Shown here: one piece after another, positions 56,637 through 64,000 of the stretch
Numbering within the stretch: position 1 is the first letter of the stretch
How the letters are laid out: every line of letters starts with the position of its first letter
NCBI GenBank assembly: GCA_963796365.1
Contig: CAWCLJ010000004.1
Coordinates: forward strand, 1,354,519 to 1,418,518
DNA: 64,000 bases
Direction of reading: 5' to 3'
Origin: an uncultured Chloroflexia bacterium
GTDB taxonomy: Bacteria; Chloroflexota; Dehalococcoidia; Dehalococcoidales; RBG-16-60-22
Position numbers and translations under genes: made by a program
The notes under the pieces: generated by a model
Told to the model about the DNA's origin: nothing
The model's input: the letters and a program-made list of their open reading frames with translations, nothing else
The model's database searches: none

Positions 56637-57506
56637 ATGATCGCACTTTGGATTATTCTGGGTATTCTGGTAATTCTACTTATCATGTCCCTGCGCACGG
56701 TCCGGCCGACCGACCGCGGCTTGGTGGAAAGGTTCGGTAAGTACAACCGCTTCGCCAATCCCGGCCTGCATTTCATCATCCCTTTCGGCATTGAAAGGCT
56801 GGTTAGAGTGAACATCACGGAAATGATGGTCAGTTCGGAAAAACGGGAAATCATTACCGCGGACTCACTTAACGCTTCGGTGGATTCCAACGTCTATTTC
56901 AAGGTGAAAACTGAAGAGGAAAATGTAAAGAAGTCGGTATACGGAGTATTCAATTACCGGGAGCAGATTGTCGCCCTGGCCAAGACAACCTTGCGTAACA
57001 TCATCGGTACGATGACTTTAAAGGAAGCCAACTCCGACCGCAACAAGATTAACAAGGAGCTTTACGAACAGCTCGCCCGGGAGACGGCCAACTGGGGTAT
57101 CGAAATCGTCCGTACCGAGCTCAAGGAAATCGAACCGCCGGCCGCTGTGCAGGAAGTCATGAACAGCGTCGTCGTCGCCAACAACCAGAAAATCGCGGCG
57201 CAGGACTTCGCTACTGCTACCGAGACCAAGGCCGACGGCGAAAGAAGGGCGGCCATCAAAATGGCAGAAGGCCAGAAGCAGGCGCAGATTCTTCGCGCCG
57301 AGGGTGAAGCGCTGGCTATCAAGCTGGTCAACGAAGCCGCCAACCAGTACTTTGTGGGTAATGCGCAAATGCTGCGTCGGCTTGAGACGGTGGAAAGGTC
57401 TTTATCAGCCAACGCCAAGATTGTCCTGCCTACCGGGGAAAGCCTCGTCAACGTAATCGGGGACTTAGCCGGCGTGACCACTAAACAAAAAGCAGACATG
57501 AAATAG
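56637..57506 (+). CDS. SPFH/band-7 (stomatin/prohibitin-like) membrane protein
   Basis: 289 aa with an N-terminal TM helix, an SPFH core (RVNITEMM..., TLRNIIGTMTLKEA) and an Ala/Glu-rich coiled-coil tail. Confidence 0.85.
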   Translation: MIALWIILGILVILLIMSLRTVRPTDRGLVERFGKYNRFANPGLHFIIPFGIERLVRVNITEMMVSSEKREIITADSLNASVDSNVYFKVKTEEENVKKSVYGVFNYREQIVALAKTTLRNIIGTMTLKEANSDRNKINKELYEQLARETANWGIEIVRTELKEIEPPAAVQEVMNSVVVANNQKIAAQDFATATETKADGERRAAIKMAEGQKQAQILRAEGEALAIKLVNEAANQYFVGNAQMLRRLETVERSLSANAKIVLPTGESLVNVIGDLAGVTTKQKADMK

Positions 57507-57525
57507 CTTGAGGGAATTAACGAAA

Positions 57526-57548
57526 AAGGGGGGCGAAACGCCCCCCTT
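57526..57548 (+). terminator. GC-rich hairpin downstream of the SPFH gene (no U-tract)
   Basis: aaggggggcg-aaa-cgcccccctt, a 10-bp perfect stem. Confidence 0.4.
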
Positions 57549-57583
57549 GGGCCGTTACTAATCTATAAGAAAGAAGGAATAAT

Positions 57584-57853
57584 ATGAATTTCTGGGTCTC
57601 ATTATGGATAGGGGTGGTCATCGCCGTGGTAGCGCTGCTGAACCGGAAGTGGGCTATCATAATTACTTTAGCGGGGTTTATTCCTTTCTGGCTTATGGCA
57701 TATACCGGGATAATAGGGCCATCCGCGGACCTGGCGACCCAGCGCAGTAAAATGATGTTCGATGAAATCGTGGGTACTTACATTGCCGGCATCGCGTTCG
57801 GATGGATACCGGTATTATTATTCGGTAGAAACAACTTAATAAGTAAAAACTAG
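57584..57853 (+). CDS. Small integral membrane protein
   Basis: 89 aa with three hydrophobic helices. Confidence 0.45.
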   Translation: MNFWVSLWIGVVIAVVALLNRKWAIIITLAGFIPFWLMAYTGIIGPSADLATQRSKMMFDEIVGTYIAGIAFGWIPVLLFGRNNLISKN

Positions 57854-57916
57854 AGTGCCGTTTGTTATACGAAGAGTGGTCGTGTCTGAAAAAGAAATCA
57901 AGTGGTCTGAATTAAT

Positions 57917-58282
57917 TTGAAAAAATTTATTTTAGGAATCAGCATCTTCTTAGTCATCATCTCATCATTGCCATACTCGTCATGTAATTCAGAATTGACA
58001 ATGCATATATATGTGTCATTAAATGTGCCTAATTTTTATTTTGTTGACCTAGACAATTATCCTTGGTCTGATATTGAAATTTCATTAAATCCTAAAGGTG
58101 ATGATTTCTCATCTGGATATTTGTATCAACTAGATTTGATAGAATCTGCACAAGTCAACGGATTAAGATTTATAAATTCTGATGGAAAGAGTTTTAATCC
58201 CTGGTTGGAAAAGCCACAAAAAATGATTATCCATGGTAAGAGTTTAGATGGTAAAAAAGCTACAGAAATAAAATCATGGTAA
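57917..58282 (+). CDS. Hypothetical secreted protein (AT-rich, probably foreign)
   Basis: 121 aa with a signal-like N-terminus. Composition is visibly AT-richer than its neighbours. Confidence 0.4.
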   Translation: MKKFILGISIFLVIISSLPYSSCNSELTMHIYVSLNVPNFYFVDLDNYPWSDIEISLNPKGDDFSSGYLYQLDLIESAQVNGLRFINSDGKSFNPWLEKPQKMIIHGKSLDGKKATEIKSW

Positions 58283-58339
58283 AGTAAATTAAAGCAATAC
58301 CGTGAAAAACCCCCATTTTCTTTGGGGCCTCTTTTTAAG

Positions 58340-59167
58340 TCATTTCTTCTTCCCCGCCTGTTTCTTTACTTCTTCGCGCGGCAGAGGCGCCAGTGGTAAA
58401 AGCGGCAGTCCGCCCGCCACATAAAGCGCCTGCCCGGTAATCCACGAGGACATATCTGAAGCTAGGAACAAAGCTGCATTAGCAATATCCTCCGGCAGGC
58501 CGATACGCTGTAAAGGCGTTTTCTTCCCCATAAACACCCAGGCTGTTTCCTGCTGCTCTTTGGGCATCGCGCCGATGGTGGAATCGTAAAAACTGGTCTT
58601 GACCGGGCCGGGCAGGATGCAGTTAACGTTAATATTGAACGGCGCCAGGGCGTTGGCAAGGTCGGTGGTAAAGCTGATGACGGCGCCTTTGGCGGTATTA
58701 TAGTTGATTTCATGCGCCGGCGGCTGGACGGCCCCAATGGAAGAGAGCCCGATAATTTTCCCGTAATGCGCCTTCTTCATAAAAGGCACAACATATTTGC
58801 AGAAAAGGAAATGGCTCTTTAAATTCAGCGCCATCACATTGTCCCAGGTTTCCTCGCTCATATCTTCGATGGGGATGTGCCTGGCGATAGCGCCGGCGTT
58901 ATTAATCAAAATATCTATTTTCTTAAATTGTTTGATGACTCTATCAATGGTATCGGCCACCTGCTTGCCGCTGGTTACATCGCACTTAACGGCGAGCGCT
59001 TTACCGCCCTTCTTTTTATTGATGGCGGACGCTACCTTTTCCGCTTCATCGATAGCGATATCGATGACGGCTATATTACAGCCCTCTTCCGCAAACTTTT
59101 CCGCCATGCCCCGCCCCATGCCTTTGGCCCCGCCGGTAATAATCGCAACTCTATCATCCAATAACAT
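58340..59167 (-). CDS. Short-chain dehydrogenase/reductase (FabG-like)
   Basis: TGGAKGMG cofactor motif, NNAG, and a YNTAK catalytic Y-x3-K. Confidence 0.88.
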   Translation of the reverse strand: MLLDDRVAIITGGAKGMGRGMAEKFAEEGCNIAVIDIAIDEAEKVASAINKKKGGKALAVKCDVTSGKQVADTIDRVIKQFKKIDILINNAGAIARHIPIEDMSEETWDNVMALNLKSHFLFCKYVVPFMKKAHYGKIIGLSSIGAVQPPAHEINYNTAKGAVISFTTDLANALAPFNINVNCILPGPVKTSFYDSTIGAMPKEQQETAWVFMGKKTPLQRIGLPEDIANAALFLASDMSSWITGQALYVAGGLPLLPLAPLPREEVKKQAGKKK

Positions 59168-59224
59168 GCGATGCCTCCTGTTTTAATTACTAATAAACAA
59201 TTTCCAAACATCGACTAAATTAAT

Positions 59225-59270
59225 TGTCATTGCGAGCCATCGAGATGAAGTCGAGAGGCGTGGCAATCTC
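59225..59270 (+). repeat. Repeat family A
   Basis: tgtcattgcgagccatcgagatgaagtcgagaggcgtggcaatctc. Confidence 0.65.
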
Positions 59271-59380
59271 ACTAATCGGTTTGTGCTATTGATAAATTTT
59301 GCGCAGGGCTTTTAAATACAGATACCATTATTTCATCTTTGAGATGTGTTTTTGAGATTTGTTTTTTGATTTTTGATTTA

Positions 59381-59803
59381 TTAATCCGGTGTATTCCCCA
59401 CCCTGGAATAGTGTTCGCCGATAGCGAGGTCAATAAAGAGCAAAGGTTTATTTATCTTTTTAAAGACGACCGGGCCGTGATGGGTCCCGGCCGGGATATA
59501 CACTGAAGAAGGCTCTTTGATTACGTGTTTTTCCCCTTCGATGGTTATTTCTACTTCCGCATCAAAGTCGTGGGCGTCTTTGGGGTTGGCCGAATAAAAA
59601 TTCAGGTACTGGGGAAATTCATGCACGTGCGGCTGGGAAATCATGACATGGGCCTGGGTGACGTAATCCGTATCCATGCTCATGAACCCGCCGCCCCATT
59701 TATCCCCGAGATGCCGCGTGCCGGAGACGCTAAGGTTCGGGTTTTCCTCGCTTTTGTAAAATAAGTCCGTCGTGATTAATTTATCGTATTTGCCTTTAGC
59801 CAT
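59381..59803 (-). CDS. Cupin-like protein, paralog 1
   Basis: PHVHEFPQYLNF and YIPAGTHHGP (cupin-like His motifs). The ATG at 59803 is preceded by GAGGAG. Confidence 0.55.
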   Translation of the reverse strand: MAKGKYDKLITTDLFYKSEENPNLSVSGTRHLGDKWGGGFMSMDTDYVTQAHVMISQPHVHEFPQYLNFYSANPKDAHDFDAEVEITIEGEKHVIKEPSSVYIPAGTHHGPVVFKKINKPLLFIDLAIGEHYSRVGNTPD

Positions 59804-59907
59804 GTTTCTCCTCTTAAAGATAATTGTCATTCCGAGGAATCCTTCCGCCTTCTTTACCTTTGGAAGGATGACGTGGGAATCTCTATTATTGACTTAAGTT
59901 CATCAAT

Positions 59908-59955
59908 GAGATTGCCACGCCTTGTCGGCTCCGCCTCCAATGGCTCGCAATGACA
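59908..59955 (-). repeat. Repeat family A (inverted copy)
   Basis: gagattgccacgccttgtcggctccgcctccaatggctcgcaatgaca. Confidence 0.65.
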
Positions 59956-59961
59956 GGGTTG

Positions 59962-60411
59962 TTAATCCGGTGTATTCCCGACCCTGGAATATTTGGCCGT
60001 CACTGCTATATCGATAAAGAGCACCGGCTTATTAATTACTTTAAAGTTCAGCGGCCCGTGGTAAAGCCCGGCGGCGACATAGATGGAAGTGGGCTTGGTA
60101 ATGATGTATTTTTCGCCGTCTTTTTCGTTGTCTCCCACCGTCATTTCTATTACCGCATCAAAGTCCCGAGAATCATTGGCGTTAACGGAAAAGAAGTTCA
60201 GGTACTGGGGAAATTCGTGCTTGTGGGGCTGGGAAATCATCAGGTGGGGGCGGGTAAGAATCATGCAGTCCACCGAAAGGTGCCCGCCGCCGAATTTGTC
60301 CTGCAAATGCCGCGTGCTGGTCAGGAAATGCCCGGTCTTTTTGCCGTCTTTATCGATGGCTTCAAAGACCACTTCATCCGTGAAATATTTATCGAACTTT
60401 CTCTTAGGCAT
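59962..60411 (-). CDS. Cupin-like protein, paralog 2
   Basis: 149 aa. PHKHEFPQYLNF, YVAAGLYHGP, and the same C-terminus YSRVGNTPD as paralog 1. Confidence 0.55.
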   Translation of the reverse strand: MPKRKFDKYFTDEVVFEAIDKDGKKTGHFLTSTRHLQDKFGGGHLSVDCMILTRPHLMISQPHKHEFPQYLNFFSVNANDSRDFDAVIEMTVGDNEKDGEKYIITKPTSIYVAAGLYHGPLNFKVINKPVLFIDIAVTAKYSRVGNTPD

Positions 60412-60420
60412 GCTGCTCCT

Positions 60421-60786
60421 TTACTGTATGGCGTAGTGGAAGCGCCTGGCGGATTGATAATCGAAGAAATTAATGGATGATTTGTTCACCGTGCCGCTGA
60501 AATAGGCCGACGTTTCTAAATCATAGCCGTAAAAATCATTACCGCTTATTTTCAGGTTGATATGCTGCCGCGTGTAGTAATCGAAAATCGAAAGCCCCGC
60601 CGGTGTTGCTCCGCCAATGATGTAGCTGTAACGGTCATCGTCAAAGACCTGGATAAAGTCCGGTGACACATCGCCGTATATCCGGTAGCGGGAGGAAGTA
60701 GCATAATCATAGACTGAGCTGGCAGACTTGCCGGAAATTAATCTCCCGGCAATGTAAGCAACCGCCCGTCTTTTTTGTGCGTTCAT
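60421..60786 (-). CDS. Hypothetical protein with five aromatic-Asp-Tyr repeats
   Basis: VYDY.., VFDDDRYSY.., IFDYY.., FYGYD.., FFDYQ.. spaced about 20 aa apart. Confidence 0.45.
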   Translation of the reverse strand: MNAQKRRAVAYIAGRLISGKSASSVYDYATSSRYRIYGDVSPDFIQVFDDDRYSYIIGGATPAGLSIFDYYTRQHINLKISGNDFYGYDLETSAYFSGTVNKSSINFFDYQSARRFHYAIQ

Positions 60787-60845
60787 GAGTTCCTCCTCTC
60801 ATTTCTGAACTGGCTGGAAAAAGAGGGTGGAAAACAGGGCTTATT

Positions 60846-61424
60846 TTACTGCCACATTTCTTTCATCTTCGGCGGCAGGACGATTCTTCTTTCCGGGTCG
60901 CCGTAACCCTGGTAGATATACATCATTTTATTATCGTTCTCTTCTTTTGTGCAGAGTTCCGGATGCGGCTTTTCCGTATGGATTTCTTCCTGCATGACGG
61001 TTACGATAACGAAAGGCCGCGTAACCTTGTGGATTTCCCACGGGCTGTGGATGAAGCCGGCCGGCAGGTAGACGAGGCAGGATTGGGTAATCTTGTGGAG
61101 TTCTCTTTCTTTGCCAAGGTACATCCAGACTTCCCCGCCGAGGTCCATCGGGTTGTCCGGGTCGGTCCCGAGGTGAACCATTATCTCTGGTTGCATATGC
61201 TCATGAGGTCCGTGGCTCATATTCTTCCAACTCGCATTGCCCTTAGCATTGGTAACATTGCGGGGTTTTTCGTAGACCCAGTGGACATGGTACTGGTGGG
61301 AGCCCGGGAACTTTTCATTGTTTACCCAGGCAATTTTTACCCCGCTGGCCGGCGGGTCCCCGGGCTGCTGTCCTGAAATAATGTACTTGTCATAGAGTAA
61401 GGGTTTTTTTGCTTTGGTTGGCAT
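60846..61424 (-). CDS. Cupin-like protein, distant paralog 3
   Basis: 192 aa. HGPHEHMQPEI and YLPAGFIHSP. Confidence 0.5.
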   Translation of the reverse strand: MPTKAKKPLLYDKYIISGQQPGDPPASGVKIAWVNNEKFPGSHQYHVHWVYEKPRNVTNAKGNASWKNMSHGPHEHMQPEIMVHLGTDPDNPMDLGGEVWMYLGKERELHKITQSCLVYLPAGFIHSPWEIHKVTRPFVIVTVMQEEIHTEKPHPELCTKEENDNKMMYIYQGYGDPERRIVLPPKMKEMWQ

Positions 61425-61672
61425 GTTTTTCTCCTTTTAATCTATAAGCCTATTTTTTAAGATTTTACTCTTAATACGACTATTCGGCAAACTTGGTTAT
61501 ACAAACGGAACAATCGTTAACCGCATCGCGGGACTTGCCCGGTACTTTAGTCCCCGGGCCTGTCCGCCAGGCTTATTTATTAATATATGAGTCTAAAGTT
61601 TCGAGAAGCGTGCGCCTTGGCGGGTAAATAGAGATAAAGTAAAAAAATCTTAGTCTTGTTTCAGCTTCAAAT

Positions 61673-61718
61673 TGTGACAAAATGCTATTGACAACTTTCT
61701 CTTACGCTGTTGTATACT
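61673..61718 (+). promoter_or_regulatory. Promoter-like module TGTGACAAA-N6-TTGACA-19-TATACT, no downstream ORF
   Basis: TTGACA 61688-61693, TATACT 61713-61718. 20 of 24 upstream positions are identical to the module at 7418-7441. Confidence 0.4.
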
Positions 61719-61793
61719 TTAATCCTCTCCCTCTGTCATCATGGAGAATACTTTACCCATCTCTCCCAACCCAGTTAGGAATCCATTTGTAAA

Positions 61794-61846
61794 TGTCATT
61801 GCGAGCTATTGATCCACCTCCGGCGAAGAAAGGCGTGTCAATCTCT
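61794..61846 (+). repeat. Repeat family A
   Basis: tgtcattgcgagctattgatccacctccggcgaagaaaggcgtgtcaatctct, nearly identical to 7721-7773. Confidence 0.7.
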
Positions 61847-62482
61847 GGGGCTGTTATTGGTAATTCCGTGCCTTACCGCACTCTTTTGAAAGGTAAAAGG
61901 GTAGGGGTTGACCCATCCACTCCATACCGGCGAAAGCCGGTATCCAGGTATTACCAAGGTAGTGCCAATTAACGGGTAAATCAAGCACATTTTGAATATC
62001 TGGATCCCGTTTTGCAGCGGGATGGTTAAAGGTACATGGAATGAGATAAGCACCTTAATAACAAAATATTTTGTAGATGGTATCAAAGGCGTGCCTGCCT
62101 GTGCGGGCAGGCACGTTTATCCGCCGTAGCCTTGGCGTAGGTGGGGAGACCTGCCCCACTGGTTCTAGATGATGAAACTTACAAAACAAATCGTATCTAA
62201 AACGAAAAACTCGTTAATAAAATTACAAAACGATTCGCATCTATTTACCATAATACAAGGTGAAAAATTATCGTTTATTTAAGGTTGAATCGAAGCTGAC
62301 ATTTTTCTTTTAGCTTCAAGAAATTAAGAAAAAATCCAAAAAGCCTTTTTTACAAAACAAATCGAAGCGAAAAAGTCGTACCCTTTCTGTTAACGTAAAG
62401 AACGATAATAGAAAAAGTCAGGGGAAAAACTGGTGGGGGCTGAAAGCTGACGGCTGATAGCTGAAAGCTGACTGCATATCGC

Positions 62483-62957
62483 CTACGTAAACACCATCTC
62501 AATAAGGTGCGGCCCCTTTTCATCCAGCGAGCGTTTGATTTCAAAAGCCAGGCTTTCGGTCGTCTCCACGGAAACGGCCGGTACTCCCATCCCCTCCGAT
62601 AACTTGACCCAGCCGATATCCGGGTCGGTGATATTGGTCAAAGAGTTTCCCCGCCAGCCTGATTTCATGACCGCCCGTTAGAGGCGTTCCGGCGCGGCGG
62701 GCATTATGCAAAATGGAGGTCGCGTTAGCGAGCCCCGGGCCGAGGTGGAGCAGCGTCATGGCCGGCTTTCCTTTTATTCTTCCACACCCATCCGCCGCCC
62801 CGGCGCAAACTCCCTCGTAAAGACACATTACCGGCCGGATACCGTTGGCGGTATCGAAAGCCGCTGTCAGAGGTATCTCCGTCGTCCCGTAGTTAGTAAA
62901 ACAGACATCAATACCGGCATTGTGAACGGTCTTCAGAAGGAGTTCTGCATTATTCAT
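62483..62957 (-). pseudogene. Thiamine-diphosphate enzyme (acetolactate synthase-like) remnant with a large internal deletion
   Basis: ORF 62541-62957 is the N-terminal TPP_enzyme_N domain ([10 protein letters not shown]). ORF 62483-62668, in another frame, is the extreme C-terminus (...[14 protein letters not shown]...GPHLIEMV). The middle and PP-binding domains are absent. Confidence 0.65.
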
Positions 62958-63273
62958 GCGCCACCCCGCCTACAGCCCGCGGCTGCTGATTACAGCCTAA
63001 AATGGCGCGGCATAAGGCGAATATCAGTATGCTCACCTGTTTTAAGAGTGGCTATACCTAAGGGGATACGGGGAAGGTTAAATCAAAAATCAAATCTCAA
63101 ATATCAAAGACACAATTCAAAGATAAAAGATGGTTTTTTTTGCTCCTTGAAGCGTTTTAAACTCTCATAATTTATCTTACGCTCAAATTATAGCTGACGC
63201 CATCACTTGATAAGTCTCTTGTTAGAGTATTATGCCCAGAATGACAGGAGAAAGAGGGGTCAGGGGAGATTTA

Positions 63274-64000
63274 CTAGTCAAAGTCTTTCATATCGATAGG
63301 CCAGCCGGCACCCTCATCGGCTTGCAGGGCGAGCTTGGCATAAATGCACAGCATGCCTTTCACGTGGGCCTGGGAAGGCGCTTTCCATTGTGCTTTTCTC
63401 TTCGCCAGTTCGGCATCGGAGACCTGCAGTTCCAGCTTACGGGCCGGGATATCCAGGTTAATCTTGTCGCCGTCTTTGACTAAAGCGAGCGGGCCGCCCA
63501 CCTGCGCCTCCGGGCAAACATGCCCGATGGAAAGGTAGCCCTGGGTAAAGCCGGAGAAACGCCCGTCTGTGATGATGATCACGTCCTGTATCTTATATTG
63601 CTTGAGCGGGGATAGAGCGCTGAGACATTCCGCAAAAGCCGGACCGCCCCGCGGGCCCTGGTACTGGAGGACGACGGCATCGCCGGGTTTGATTTTACCG
63701 GCAGCCGCGCCTTCATTAATTCCCTGCACGGAAGTAAATACCCTGGCGGTATAGACTCTTTTCAAGAGGTCTTTATTTTCCACCACCGTATGGCGGACGA
63801 CGGCGCCGCGCGGAGCGAGATTCCCGGTTAGAACGCCGTCGCGCCTTCCGGCCAGAGGGACGTATTGAGCGGCCGGATGATTTCATTGTCTAATACCTCG
63901 GCATCTTTCAGGTTTTCGCCGACGGTCTTGCCGGTAACGGTAATGCAGGACTTGTCCAGCCATTTCTCGATGCGTTTCATGACAGCTGGTGTGCCGCCGG
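63274..64000 (-). pseudogene. ilvD: Dihydroxy-acid dehydratase, 3' part (continues beyond the window), frameshifted near 63846-63880
   Basis: The C-terminal part reads GVLTGNLAPRGAVVRHT...ITDGRFSG...GHVCPEA. The upstream part, GGTPAVMKRIEKWL...EIIRPL, is in a different frame, and the frame change lies at a GGG/CCC run. Confidence 0.8.

Noticed and set aside
57917-58282. The AT-rich 121-aa ORF as a mobile element or toxin.
   Set aside because: No flanking repeats, integrase or partner gene are present. Only the composition is odd. It is kept as a low-confidence hypothetical CDS.
61838-62086. An 82-aa minus-strand ORF in the 61.4-62.5 kb intergenic region.
   Set aside because: It spans interspersed repeats (family A and the ccggcgaaagccgg hairpin) and has no RBS or recognisable domain. 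The region is better explained as non-coding repeat DNA.

Overview
This is a 64-kb bacterial chromosomal window. The gene content (nrdR-nrdJ, tungsten-type AOR, lipoprotein peptide-binding proteins with Ser/Thr linkers) would fit an anaerobic Chloroflexota/Dehalococcoidia-like genome, but that is only a guess. Housekeeping and transport genes include an ABC-2 exporter, nrdR-nrdJ, folC, ribD, an RNase D-like exonuclease, a PAS histidine kinase, two peptide ABC systems, a heterodimeric ABC exporter, aor, SDR/ADH/methyltransferases and an ilvD fragment. These alternate with repeat-laden intergenic regions. A visibly AT-rich integrative island sits at tRNA-Lys(UUU), about 25.5-34.9 kb, with an older remnant from 23.9 kb. 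It carries an integrase, an XRE regulator, an excisionase-like HTH, HicAB, a transglutaminase-like lipoprotein, an IS21 copy with a clean 6-bp target duplication, and a candidate HEPN + PD-(D/E)xK defence-like gene string. The most unusual locus is 51.3-55.6 kb. It holds two tandem paralogous ~560-codon reading frames, each with an in-frame TGA inside a conserved G-D-[TGA]-G-S/A-C-T-K-Y motif, which suggests a U-x-x-C selenoprotein. The TGA is followed by a 23-nt block that is identical in both copies and can fold into a hairpin. Each copy also needs a +1 frame change, and the two are separated by an IS200/IS605 tnpA. Other notable items are a presenilin/SPP-like intramembrane protease, a cupin-paralog cluster, three non-coding loci that share one promoter-like module, several interspersed hairpin-repeat families, and an unusually high number of interrupted genes. 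No rRNA or CRISPR array was seen.
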